Origin: the human T2T-CHM13v2.0 reference genome, Homo sapiens
Strand: one strand, 5' to 3'
DNA: 64,000 bases
Assembly: GCF_009914755.1 (NCBI RefSeq)
Contig: NC_060940.1
The notes beneath the pieces are model-generated. The model did no database searches. It saw nothing but the letters and a program-made list of their open reading frames with translations, and was not told the origin of the DNA. Positions 1 to 15,300 of this stretch are shown one piece after another. The stretch's first letter is position 1, and every line of letters begins with the position of its first letter. The position numbers were made by a program, and so were the translations under genes.

Positions 1-164
1 TGATTCCATTCGAGTCCATTCGATGATTCCATTCGATTGCATTCGATGATTCCATTATATTCCATTCAACGGTGATTCCATTCGAGTACATTCCATGATT
101 CCATTAGAGTACATTTAATGATTGCTTTGTTTTCAATTCGAAGATGATTACATTGGATTCCATT

Positions 165-3100
165 CTATGATACCATTCGATTCCATTCAATGATGATTCC
201 ACTCAAATCCATTGGATGATTCCATTCGTGTCCATTCGGTGATTTCATTAGATTCCATTCGAGGATGATTCCATTCGATTCCATTCGATGATTCCATTCA
301 ATTCCATTCGATGATGATTCCATTCCAGTCCATATGATCATTCCATTTGATTTCATTCGATGATGATTCCATTCGATTCCTTTCGACGATTCCATTCTAT
401 TCCATTCGATGATGATTCCATTCGAGTCCATTCGATGATTCCATTCGAGTCCATTTAATGATTCCATTGGGTTCAATTCAATGATGATTACATTGGATTC
501 CGTTCTATGATTCCATTCAATTCCGTTCATTGACAATTTGATTCCATTCGATGATGATTCCATTTGAGTTCATTCGATGATTCTATTCGATTCTCTTCGA
601 TGGTGATTCAATTCTATTATATTGGATGATTCCATTCGATTCCATTTGATGTTGATTCAATTCGATTCTATTCGATGATGATTCCATTGGATTTCACTTG
701 ATGATTCTATTCGATTCCATTCAATGATGATTCACTTCTCGTCCATTGGATGATTCCATTTCATTCCATTCGATGATGATTCCATTCGATTCCATTCGAT
801 GATTCCATTTGATTCCATGCGACGGTGAGCAATTCGATTCAATTCCATGATGATTCTATTTGATTCAATTAGATGATGTTTCCATTCGAATCCATTCCAT
901 GATTATTCCATTGGAATCCATTCGGCGATGATTCCATATGAGTCAATTCAATGATGATTCCATATGGGTCCGTTCGATGATAATTCCATTTGATTTCATT
1001 CGATGCTTCTATTCTATTCCAGTCGATGATGATTCCGTTGGAGTCCATACGATGATTCCATTTGATTTCATTTGATGATGATTCCATTCGATGATGATTA
1101 CATTGGATTCCATTCTATGATTCCATTCAATTCCATTCGTTGATGATTCGATTCCATTCAATGATGATTCCATTTGAGTTCATTCGATGATTCTATTCGA
1201 TTCCGTTCGATGGTGATTCAATTCTATTATATTGGATGATTCCACTCGATTCCATTTGATGATTATTCCATTGGAGTCCACTTAGTGAATCCTTTAGATT
1301 CTACTCGACGATGATTCCATTCGAGTCCATTCGATGATACCATTCAATTCCATTCGTTGATGCTTCCATTCAAGTGCATTCGATGATATCATTCGATTCC
1401 ATTTGATGATAATTCCATTTGATTCCATGCGATGATTCTATTCGATTCCATTCAATGATAATTCCATTCAATTCAGTGATTCCTCTGGACTCCATTTGAT
1501 GATGATTCCATTCAATGATTCCATTCGATTCTATTCGAAAATGATTCCATTTGAATCCATTTGATGATGATTCCATTAGATTCCATTTGATGATTCCATT
1601 CGATTCCATTCGACGATGATTCCATTCGATTCCGTTTGATGATTCCATTCTATTCTATTCGATGATGATTCCATTCGATTCCATTCGATGATGATTGGAT
1701 TCGATTCCATTTGATGATTTCATTTGATTCCATTCGTTAATGATTTCGATCAATTCCATTCGATGATTCCATTCGATTCCATTCGATAATGATTACATCC
1801 GAGTCCATTCGATGATTCCCTTTGAGCCTGTTCGATAATTCCATTTGAGTCCAACCAATGATTCCATTCATTTCCATTCAATGATTCCATTCGAGTCCAT
1901 TTGATCATTCCGGTAGGGTCCATTCGATGTTGATTCCATTGGAGTGCATTCGATGATTCCATTCGAGTCCATTTTAGGATTTGATTCGAGTCCTTTCGAC
2001 GATTCCATTCGATTCCACTCGATGATGATTTCATTCGAGTCCATTCGACACTTCCAATCGATTCCATTTGATGATTCCATTCGAGTCCAATTGATGATTC
2101 CATTCAATTCCATTCGATGATGATTCCGTACGATTCCATTCTGTGATGATTCCATGTGATTGCATTCAATGATGATTCCTTTCGATTGCATTCGATTATG
2201 ATTCATTTCGTGTTCATTCTATGGTTCCACAGGTTTCCATTCGTGTCCATTCCATTATTCCATTCTATTCCATTTGATGATGATTCCATTCGATTCCATT
2301 CATTGGTGATTCCACTCAATTCCATTCAATGATTCCATTCCATTTCTTTCAACAATGATTCCATTAGTTTCTAATCGATGATCCACTTGATTCCATTTGA
2401 CGACGATTCCATTCTTGTCCATTCGATGATTCCATTTGATTCCATATGATGATGATTCCATTCGATTCCATACCATGATGATTCCATTCGAGTCCATTCA
2501 ATGGTGATTCCATTCAATTCCATTCGATGATTCCTTTTGATTCCATTCGATGATGATGGCATTCGATTCCTTTCAATCATTCCCTTTGATTCCATTCAAA
2601 GGTGATTTCATTCAAGTCCATTCGATAATTGCATTCGATTCCATTCTATGATGATTCCATTCGAGTCCATTTGATGATTCCATTCAATTCAAGTCAATGA
2701 TGATTCCATTCGATTCCATTCGATGATTCCATTGGATTCCATTCGATGATGATTCCATTCAAATCCATTCGATAATTCAATTCAAGTCCATTCGATGATG
2801 ATTCCAATCGAATCCATTCAAAGATTCCATTCAGTTCCATTCGATGATTCCCTTAGATTCCATTCGATGATTCCACTTGATTCCATTTACGATGATTCCA
2901 TTCGATTCCATGTGATGATTCCATTCAATTCTATTCAATGATGTCTCCATTTGATTCCATTCGACCATGATTGCCTTTGATTCCATTCAATGATTCCATT
3001 CGGTTCCGTTTGATGATGATTCCGTTCGATTCCATTTGATGATTCCATTTGATTCCATTGGATGAGTCCATTCGATTACATTCGATGATTATTCCATTCG

Positions 3101-6100
3101 AGTGCATTAGATGATTCCATTCGAGTCCATTCGATGATTCCATTCGATTCCATTCGATGTTGATTCTGTTCAAATCCATTCGATGATTCCACTCGATTCC
3201 ATTCGTTGACTCCATTTGATCCCATTCGATGATTTCCTTTGATTCCCTTTGATGATCATTCCATTTGATTCAATTCGGTGATTTCATTTGATTCCATTCA
3301 GTGATGTTTCCATTCGACTCCATTCGATGATGATTCCATTCGACTCCATTCGATTATGATTTCATTCAATTCCATTCGATAATGATTCCCTTCGAGTCCA
3401 TTCGATGATTCCATTCGATTCCATTCAACGATGATTTGATTCGTGTCCATTCGATGATTCCATTTGATTCCACTTGATGATGATTCCATTCGAGTCCATT
3501 TGATGATTCCATTCAATTCCATACTCCGATGATTTCTTTTGAGCCCACTCAATGCTTCCACTCGATTCCATATGATGATGACTCCATTCGATGAAATTCG
3601 ATGATGATTCCATTCGCTTGCTTTCGATGATGATTCCACTTGAGTCCGTTAGAAGATTCTATTCAATTACATTCCAGGACGATTCCGTTCGAGTCCATTT
3701 GATGATTCCATTAGACTCCATTCGACGATGATTCCATTCGATGTTATTTGATGATTCCATTCGATCTCATACGATGATGATTCCATTCAACTCCATTCGA
3801 TGTTTCCATTCGAGTTCATTCTATTATTCCATTAGATTCCATTCGATGATGATTCCATTCGATTCCATTTGATGATTGCATTCTATTTCATTTGATGATG
3901 ATTCCATTCGAGTCCACTCGATGATTCCATTCGAGTCCATTTAATGAATCCATTGGTTTCAATTCTATGATGATTACATTGGATTCCATTCGTTGATGAT
4001 TTCATTCGGTTCCATTCAATGATGATTCCATTCAATTCCTTTCAATGTTTCCATTCAATTCCATACGATGATGATTCCATTTGATTTGATTCGACAGTGA
4101 GCCATTCGATTCAATTCCATGATGATTCTATTTGATTCAATTGGTTGACATTTCCATTCGATTCCATTCGATGATGATTCCCTTTGATTCCGTTCCAAGA
4201 TGATTCCATTCTAGCCCATTCAATCATTCCATTCGATTCTATTCAATGATGATTCCATTCATGTCGATTTGGTGATTCCATTTGACTTCATTTGATGATG
4301 ATTCCTTTCAAGTTCATTAGATGATTCCATTCGATTCCATTTGATGATGATCCCATTCGAGTCCATTCAGTGATTCCATTCGTTTCCATTCCATGATGAT
4401 TCCATTCCTTTCCATTCAATGATTCCATTCGATTCCGTTTGATGATGATTTCATTCGAGTCCATTTGATGATTCCATTTGATTCCATTCGATGATGATTC
4501 CATTCGAGTCCATTCGATGATTCTATTCGAATCCATTTGATGATTTCTTTTGATTATATTTGGTGATGATTCCATTGGAGTCCATTCAATGATTCCATTC
4601 TATTCCAATCGATGATGATTCCATTAGAGTCCATTTAATGATTCCATTTGATTCCAGTCTCTGATGATTACATTCGAGTCCATACGATGATTCCACTCAA
4701 TTCCATATGATGATGATTCCATTTGATTCCATTCGGTGATTCCGTTCTATTCTATTCAATGGTGATTCCATTCGAGTACATTAGATGATTCCATTCGATT
4801 CCATTCAATGATGATTCTATTTGTGTCCCTTAGATGATTCCACATGATTCCATTAGATGATGATACTATTTGAGCCCATCCAATGATTCCCTTCGATTCC
4901 ATTCGATGAGGATTCCATTCGATTCAATTCATTGGTGATTCTATTCAATTCAATTCTTTGATTCCATTCCATTCCATTCGACAATGATTCCATTCGATTT
5001 CTTTCGATGATTCCACTCGATTCCACTTGACATTGATTCCATTCGATTCCATTCAATGATTCCATTTGATTCCAGTGGATGATGATTGCCATCGATTCCA
5101 TTCGATCACTCCATTCTATTCCATTTGATGATGATTACATTCGATTCCATTTGATGATTCCATCTGATTCTATTCGAGGATTCCATTTGATTCCATTCGA
5201 TGATGATTCCATTCGAGTCCATTCGATGATTTCATTCGAGTACATCCAATGATTCCATTCGAGTCCATTAGATGATTCCATTTGATTCCATTTGAAAATG
5301 ATTCTACTAGAGTCCATTCAATGACTCCATTCGAGTCCATTCAACAGTTCCATTCGACTCCATTCGATGATTCCATTCGATTCCATTTGATGGTTCCATT
5401 CGAGTCCATTTAATCATTACAGTCGAGTCCATTTGGTGATTCCACTGGATTTCTTTTGATAATGATACCATTCAATTACATTTGATGATGATCCCATTCA
5501 ATTTCATTTGATGATGATTCCATTAGAGTCCATTCGATGATTTCATTCGAGTCCCTTCATTGATTCCATCCGATTTCATTGGATGATGACTCCATTCGAG
5601 TCCATTCGATGATTCCACTCGATTCCATTAGATGACTCCATTGGAGTCCATTTGATTGTTCCATTCGATTCCATTCGATTCCTTTCGAAGATTATTCCAT
5701 TTGAGTCCATTCGATGATGATTCCATTCCATTCCATTCGATGATTCCGTTTGATTCCATTCGATGATTCCCTTCGATTCCTTTCTTTGATGATTCCATTC
5801 CATTCCATTCAATGATTCCATTCGAATCTATTCCATGATGATTCATTTCGATTCCATTCGCTGATGTTTCCGTTCAATTCCATTCGATGATGATTCCATT
5901 CGATTCCATTCATTGAGGATTCCATTTGATTCCATTCAATGATGATTCCATTCTATTCCATTCAATGATTGCATTCAATTCCATTAAATGATTATCCCCT
6001 TAGAGTAAACTCAACGATTCCATTCAATACCATTCGATGATGATTCCTTTTGAGTCCATTCAATGATTTCATTCAAGTCCATTTGATGATTCCTTTCAAT

Positions 6101-6276
6101 TCCATTCTATGATGATTCCATTCGAGTCCATTCGATGATTCCATTCGATTGCATTCGATGATTCCATTATATTCCATTCAACGGTGATTCCATTCGAGTA
6201 CATTCCATGATTCCATTAGAGTACATTTAATGATTGCTTTGTTTTCAATTCGAAGATGATTACATTGGATTCCATT
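165..6276 (+). repeat. Unit U1, full length 6,112 bp (unit start defined arbitrarily)
   Basis: Landmark ORF offsets 0/1205/1585/2766/3133/4123/4688/5411 are identical to those in U3-U5. Confidence 0.9.
481..1262 (+). repeat. Intra-unit direct duplication of ~170 bp (481-651 vs 1091-1261, offset 610)
   Basis: Both copies share the non-consensus strings ATGATGATTACATTGGATTCC, GAGTTCATTCGATGATTCTATTCG and GATGGTGATTCAATTCTATTATATTGGATG. The pair recurs in each unit that keeps this segment. Confidence 0.85.
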
Positions 6277-9200
6277 CTATGATACCATTCGATTCCATTC
6301 AATGATGATTCCACTCAAATCCATTGGATGATTCCATTCGTGTCCATTCGGTGATTTCATTAGATTCCATTCGATGATGATTCCATTCCAGTCCATATGA
6401 TCATTCCATTTGATTTCATTCGATGATGATTCCATTCGATTCGATTCGACGATTCCATTCTATTCCATTCGATGATGATTCCATTCGAGTCCATTCGATC
6501 ATTCCATTCGAGTCCATTTAATGATTCCATTGGGTTCAATTCAATGATGATTACATTGGATTCCGTTCTATGATTCCATTCAACTCCGTTCATTGACAAT
6601 TTGATTCCATTCGATGATGATTCCATTTGAGTTCATTCGATGATTCTATTCGATTCTCTTCGATGGTGATTCAATTCTATTATATTGGATGATTCCATTC
6701 GATTCCATTTGATGTTGATTCAATTCGATTCTATTCGATGATGATTCCATTGGATTTCACTTGATGATTCTATTCTATTCCATTCAATGATGATTCACTT
6801 CTCGTCCATTGGATGATTCCATTTCATTCCATTCGATGATGATTCCATTCGATTCCATTCGATGATTCCTTTTGATTCCATGCGACGGTGAGCAATTCGA
6901 TTCAATTCCATGATGATTCTATTTGATTCAATTAGATGATGTTTCCATTCGAATCCATTCCATGATTATTCCATTGGAATCCATTCGGCGATGATTCCAT
7001 ATGAGTCAATTCAATGATGATTCCATATGGGTCCGTTCGATGATAATTCCATTTGATTTTATTCGATGCTTCTATTCTATTCCAGTCGATGATGATTCCG
7101 TTGGAGTCCATACGATGATTCCATTTGATTTCATTTCATGATGATTCCATTCGATGATGATTACATTGGATTCCATTCTATGATTCCATTCAATTCCATT
7201 CGTTGATGATTCGATTCCATTCAATGATGATTCCATTTGAGTTCATTCGATGATTCTATTCGATTCCGTTCGATGGTGATTCAATTCTATTATATTGGAT
7301 GATTCCACTCGATTCCATTTGATGATTATTCCATTGGAGTCCACTTAGTGAATCCTTTAGATTCTACTCGACGATGATTCCATTCGAGTCCATTCGATGA
7401 TACCATTCAATTCCATTCGTTGATGCTTCCATTCAAGTGCATTCGATGATATCATTCGATTCCATTTGATGATAATTCCATTTGATTCCATGCGATGATT
7501 CTATTCGATTCCATTCAATGATAATTCCATTCAATTCAGTGATTCCTCTGGACTCCATTTGATGATGATTCCATTCAATGATTCCATTCGATTCTATTCG
7601 AAAATGATTCCATTTGAATCCATTTGATGATGATTCCATTAGATTCCATTTGATGATTCCATTCGATTCCATTCGACGATGATTCCATTCGATTCCGTTT
7701 GATGATTCCATTCTATTCTATTCGATGATGATTCCATTCGATTCCATTCGATGATGATTGGATTCGATTCCATTTGATGATTTCATTTGATTCCATTCGT
7801 TAATGATTTCGATCAATTCCATTCGATGATTCCATTCGATTCCATTCGATAATGATTACATCCGAGTCCATTCGATGATTCCCTTTGAGCCTGTTCGATA
7901 ATTCCATTTGAGTCCAACCAATGATTCCATTCATTTCCATTCAATGATTCCATTCGAGTCCATTTGATCATTCCGGTAGGGTCCATTCGATGTTGATTCC
8001 ATTGGAGTGCATTCGATGATTCCATTCGAGTCCATTTTAGGATTTGATTCGAGTCCTTTCGATGATTCCATTCGATTCCACTCGATGATGATTTCATTCG
8101 AGTCCATTCGACACTTCCAATCGATTCCATTTGATGATTCCATTCGAGTCCAATTGATGATTCCATTCAATTCCATTCGATGATGATTCCGTACGATTCC
8201 ATTCTGTGATGATTCCATGTGATTGCATTCAATGATGATTCCTTTCGATTGCATTCGATTATGATTCATTTCGTGTTCATTCTATGGTTCCACAGGTTTC
8301 CATTCGTGTCCATTCCATTATTCCATTCTATTCCATTTGATGATGATTCCATTCGATTCCATTCATTGGTGATTCCACTCAATTCCATTCAATGATTCCA
8401 TTCCATTACTTTCAACAATGATTCCATTAGTTTCTAATCGATGATCCACTTGATTCCATTTGACGACGATTCCATTCTTGTCCATTCGATGATTCCATTT
8501 GATTCCATATGATGATGATTCCATTCGATTCCATACCATGATGATTCCATTCGAGTCCATTCAATGGTGATTCCATTCAATTCCATTCGATGATTCCTTT
8601 CGATTCCATTCGATGATGATGGCATTCGATTCCTTTCAATCATTCCCTTTGATTCCATTCCAAGGTGATTTCATTCAAGTCCATTCGATAATTGCATTCG
8701 ATTCCATTCTATGATGATTCCATTCGAGTCCATTTGATGATTCCATTCAATTCAAGTCAATGATGATTCCATTCGATTCCATTCGATGATTCCATTGGAT
8801 TCCATTCGATGATGATTCCATTCAAATCCATTCGATAATTCAATTCAAGTCCATTCGATGATGATTCCAATCGAATCCATTCAAAGATTCCATTCAGTTC
8901 CATTCGATGATTCCCTTAGATTCCATTCGATGATTCCACTTGATTGCATTTACGATGATTCCATTCGATTCCATGTGATGATTCCATTCAATTCTATTCA
9001 ATGATGTCTCCATTTGATTCCATTCGACCATGATTGCCTTTGATTCCATTCAATGATTCCATTCGGTTCCGTTTGATGATGATTCCGTTCGATTCCATTT
9101 GATGATTCCATTTGATTCCATTGGATGAGTCCATTCGATTACATTCGATGATTATTCCATTCGAGTGCATTAGATGATTCCATTCGAGTCCATTCGATGA

Positions 9201-12200
9201 TTCCATTCGATTCCATTCGATGTTGATTCTGTTCAAATCCATTCGATGATTCCACTCGATTCCATTCGTTGACTCCATTTGATCCCATTCGATGATTTCC
9301 TTTGATTCCCTTTGATGATCATTCCATTTGATTCAATTCGGTGATTTCATTTGATTCCATTCAGTGATGTTTCCATTCGACTCCATTCGATGATGATTCC
9401 ATTCGACTCCATTCGATTATGATTTCATTCAATTCCATTCGATAATGATTCCCTTCGAGTCCATTCGATGATTCCATTCGATTCCATTCAATGATGATTT
9501 GATTCGTGTCCATTCGATGATTCCATTTGATTCCACTTGATGATGATTCCATTCGAGTCCATTTGATGATTCCATTCAATTCCATACTCCGATGATTTCT
9601 TTTGAGCCCACTCAATGCTTCCACTCGATTCCATATGATGATGACTCCATTCGATGAAATTCGATGATGATTCCATTCGCTTGCTTTCGATGATGATTCC
9701 ACTTGAGTCCGTTAGAAGATTCTATTCAATTACATTCCATGACGATTCCGTTCGAGTCCATTTGATGATTCCATTAGACTCCATTCGACGATGATTCCAT
9801 TCGATGTTATTCGATGATTCCATTCGATCTCATTCGATGATGATTCCATTCAACTCCATTCGATGTTTCCATTCGAGTTCATTCTATTATTCCATTAGAT
9901 TCCATTCGATGATGATTCCATTCGATTCCATTTGATGATTGCATTCTATTTCATTTGATGATGATTCCATTCGAGTCCACTCGATGATTCCATTCGAGTC
10001 CATTTAATGAATCCATTGGTTTCAATTCTATGATGATTACATTGGATTCCATTCGTTGATGATTTCATTCGGTCCCATTCAATGATGATTCCATTCAATT
10101 CCTTTCAATGTTTCCATTCAATTCCATACGATGATGATTCCATTTGATTTGATTCGACAGTGAGCCATTCGATTCAATTCCATGATGATTCTATTTGATT
10201 CAATTGGTTGACATTTCCATTCGATTCCATTCGATGATGATTCCCTTTGATTCCGTTCAAAGATGATTCCATTCTAGCCCATTCAATCATTCCATTCGAT
10301 TCTATTCAATGATGATTCCATTCATGTCGATTTGGTGATTCCATTTGACTTCATTTGATGATGATTCCTTTCAAGTTCATTAGATGATTCCATTCGATTC
10401 CATTTGATGATGATCCCATTCGACTCCATTCAGTGATTCCATTCGTTTCTATTCCATGATGATTCCATTCCTTTCCATTCAATGATTGCATTCGATTCCG
10501 TTTGATGATGATTTCATTCGAGTCCATTTGATGATTCCATTTGATTCCATTCGATGATGATTCCATTCGAGTCCATTCGATGATTCTATTCGAATCCATT
10601 TGATGATTTCTTTTGATTATATTTGGTGATGATTCCATTGGAGTCCATTCAATGATTCCATTCTATTCCAATCGATGATGATTCCATTAGAGTCCATTTA
10701 ATGATTCCATTTGATTCCAGTCTCTGATGATTACATTCGAGTCCATACGATGATTCCACTCAATTCCATATGATGATGATTCCATTTGATTCCATTCGGT
10801 GATTCCATTCTATTCTATTCAATGGTGATTCCATTCGAGTACATTAGATGATTCCATTCGATTCCATTCAATGATGATTCTATTTGTGTCCCTTAGATGA
10901 TTCCACATGATTCCATTAGATGATGATACTATTTGAGCCCATCCAATGATTCCCTTCGATTCCATTCGATGAGGATTCCATTCGATTCATTTCATTGGTG
11001 ATTCTATTCAATTCAATTCTTTGATTCCATTCCATTCCATTCGACAATGATTCCATTCGATTTCTTTCGATGATTCCACTCGATTCCACTTGACATTGAT
11101 TCCATTCGATTCCATTCAATGATTCCATTTGATTCCAGTGGATGATGATTGCCATCGATTCCATTCGATCACTCCATTCTATTCCATTTGATGATGATTA
11201 CATTCGATTCCATTTGATGATTCCATCTGATTCTATTCGAGGATTCCATTTGATTCCATTCGATGATGATTCCATTCGAGTCCATTCGATGATTTCATTC
11301 GAGTACATCCAATGATTCCATTCGAGTCCATTAGATGATTCCATTTGATTCCATTTGAAAATGATTCTACTAGAGTCCATTCAATGACTCCATTCGAGTC
11401 CATTCAACAATTCCATTCGACTCCATTCGATGATTCCATTCGATTCCATTTGATGGTTCCATTCGAGTCCATTTAATCATTACAGTCGAGTCCATTTGGT
11501 GATTCCACTGGATTTCTTTTGATAATGATACCATTCAATTACATTTGATGATGATCCCATTCAATTTCATTTGATGATGATTCCATTAGAGTCCATTCGA
11601 TGATTTCATTCGAGTCCCTTCATTGATTCCATCCGATTTCATTGGATGATGACTCCATTCGAGTCCATTCGATGATTCCACTCGATTCCATTAGATGACT
11701 CCATTGGAGTCCATTTGATTGTTCCATTCGATTCCATTCGATTCCTTTCGAAGATTATTCCATTTGAGTCCATTCGATGATGATTCCATTCCATTCCATT
11801 CGATGATTCCGTTTGATTCCATTCGATGATTCCCTTCGATTCCTTTCTTTGATGATTCCATTCCATTCCATTCAATGATTCCATTCGAATCTATTCCATG
11901 ATGATTCCTTTCGATTCCATTCGCTGATGTTTCCGTTCAATTCCATTCGATGATGATTCCATTCGATTCCATTCATTGAGGATTCCATTTGATTCCATTC
12001 AATGATGATTCCATTCTATTCCATTCAATGATTGCATTCAATTCCATTCAATGATTATCCCCTTAGAGTAAACTCAACGATTCCATTCAATACCATTCGA
12101 TGATGATTCCTTTTGAGTCCATTCAATGATTTCATTCAAGTCCATTTGATGATTCCTTTCAATTCCATTCTATGATGATTCCATTCGAGTCCATTCGATG

Positions 12201-12339
12201 ATTCCATTCGATTGCATTCGATGATTCCATTATATTCCATTCAACGGTGATTCCATTCGAGTCCATTCCATGATTCCATTAGAGTACATTTAATGATTGC
12301 TTTGTTTTCAATTCGAAGATGATTACATTGGATTCCATT
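6277..12339 (+). repeat. Unit U2, 6,063 bp (49-bp deletion near 6374)
   Basis: Downstream landmarks are shifted by -49, and the GAGGATG-containing 26-mer plus the next 23-mer are missing at ~6364-6374. Confidence 0.9.
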
Positions 12340-15300
12340 CTATGATACCATTCGATTCCATTCAATGATGATTCCACTCAAATCCATTGGATGGTTCCAT
12401 TCGTGTCCATTCGGTGATTTCATTAGATTCCATTCGAGGATGATTCCATTCGATTCCATTCGATGATTCCATTCAATTCCATTCGATGATGATTCCATTC
12501 CAGTCCATATGATCATTCCATTTGATTTCATTCGATGATGATTCCATTCGATTCCATTCGACGATTCCATTCTATTCCATTCGATGATGATTCCATTCGA
12601 GTCCATTCGATGATTCCATTCGAGTCCATTTAATGATTCCATTGGGTTCAATTCAATGATGATTACATTGGATTCCGTTCTATGATTCCATTCAATTCCG
12701 TTCATTGACAATTTGATTCCATTCGATGATGATTCCATTTGAGTTCATTCGATGATTCTATTCGATTCTCTTCGATGGTGATTCAATTCTATTATATTGG
12801 ATGATTCCATTCGATTCCATTTGATGTTGATTCAATTCGATTCTATTCGATGATGATTCCATTGGATTTCACTTGATGATTCTATTCGATTCCATTCAAT
12901 GATGATTCACTTCTCGTCCATTGGATGATTCCATTTCATTCCATTCGATGATGATTCCATTCGATTCCATTCGATGATTCCATTTGATTCCATGCGACGG
13001 TGAGCAATTCGATTCAATTCCATGATGATTCTATTTGATTCAATTAGATGATGTTTCCATTCGAATCCATTCCATGATTATTCCATTGGAATCCATTCGG
13101 CGATGATTCCATATGAGTCAATTCAATGATGATTCCATATGGGTCCGTTCGATGATAATTCCATTTGATTTCATTCGATGCTTCTATTCTATTCCAGTCG
13201 ATGATGATTCCGTTGGAGTCCATACGATGATTCCATTTGATTTCATTTCATGATGATTCCATTCGATGATGATTACATTGGATTCCATTCTATGATTCCA
13301 TTCAATTCCATTCGTTGATGATTCGATTCCATTCAATGATGATTCCATTTGAGTTCATTCGATGATTCTATTCGATTCCGTTCGATGGTGATTCAATTCT
13401 ATTATATTGGATGATTCCACTCGATTCCATTTGATGATTATTCCATTGGAGTCCACTTAGTGAATCCTTTAGATTCTACTCGACGATGATTCCATTCGAG
13501 TCCATTCGATGATACCATTCAATTCCATTCGTTGATGCTTCCATTCAAGTGCATTCGATGATATCATTCGATTCCATTTGATGATAATTCCATTTGATTC
13601 CATGCGATGATTCTATTCGATTCCATTCAATGATAATTCCATTCAATTCAGTGATTCCTCTGGACTCCATTTGATGATGATTCCATTCAATGATTCCATT
13701 CGATTCTATTCGAAAATGATTCCATTTGAATCCATTTGATGATGATTCCATTAGATTCCATTTGATGATTCCATTCGATTCCATTCGACGATGATTCCAT
13801 TCGATTCCGTTTGATGATTCCATTCTATTCTATTCGATGATGATTCCATTCGATTCCATTCGATGATGATTGGATTCGATTCCATTTGATGATTTCATTT
13901 GATTCCATTCGTTAATGATTTCGATCAATTCCATTCGATGATTCCATTCGATTCCATTCGATAATGATTACATCCGAGTCCATTCGATGATTCCCTTTGA
14001 GCCTGTTCGATAATTCCATTTGAGTCCAACCAATGATTCCATTCATTTCCATTCAATGATTCCATTCGAGTCCATTTGATCATTCCGGTAGGGTCCATTC
14101 GATGTTGATTCCATTGGAGTGCATTCGATGATTCCATTCGAGTCCATTTTAGGATTTGATTCGAGTCCTTTCGATGATTCCATTCGATTCCACTCGATGA
14201 TGATTTCATTCGAGTCCATTCGACACTTCCAATCGATTCCATTTGATGATTCCATTCGAGTCCAATTGATGATTCCATTCAATTCCATTCGATGATGATT
14301 CCGTACGATTCCATTCTGTGATGATTCCATGTGATTGCATTCAATGATGATTCCTTTCGATTGCATTCGACTATGATTCATTTCGTGTTCATTCTATGGT
14401 TCCACAGGTTTCCATTCGTGTCCATTCCATTATTCCATTCTATTCCATTTGATGATGATTCCATTCGATTCCATTCATTGGTGATTCCACTCAATTCCAT
14501 TCAATGATTCCATTCCATTTCTTTCAACAATGATTCCATTAGTTTCTAATCGATGATCCACTTGATTCCATTTGACGACGATTCCATTCTTGTCCATTCG
14601 ATGATTCCATTTGATTCCATATGATGATGATTCCATTCGATTCCATACCATGATGATTCCATTCGAGTCCATTCAATGGTGATTCCATTCAATTCCATTC
14701 GATGATTCCTTTCGATTCCTTTCGATGATGATGGCATTCGATTCCTTTCAATCATTCCCTTTGATTCCATTCAAAGGTGATTTCATTCAAGTCCATTCGA
14801 TAATTGCATTCGATTCCATTCTATGATGATTCCATTCGAGTCCATTTGATGATTCCATTCAATTCAAGTCAATGATGATTCCATTCGATTCCATTCGATG
14901 ATTCCATTGGATTCCATTCGATGATGATTCCATTCAAATCCATTCGATAATTCAATTCAAGTCCATTCGATGATGATTCCAATCGAATCCATTCAAAGAT
15001 TCCATTCAGTTCCATTCGATGATTCCCTTAGATTCCATTCGATGATTCCACTTGATTGCATTTATGATGATTCCATTCGATTCCATGTGATGATTCCATT
15101 CAATTCTATTCAATGATGTCTCCATTTGATTCCATTCGACCATGATTGCCTTTGATTCCATTCAATGATTCCATTCGGTTCCGTTTGATGATGATTCCGT
15201 TCGATTCCATTTGATGATTCCATTTGATTCCATTGGATGAGTCCATTCGATTACATTCGATGATTATTCCATTCGAGTGCATTAGATGATTCCATTCGAG

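Noticed and set aside
5990-6020. ATTATCCCCTTAGAGTAAACTCAACG and similar odd-looking strings as inserted foreign elements
   Set aside because: They stay in monomer register and are explained as heavily substituted monomers; no target-site duplication or terminal repeats.
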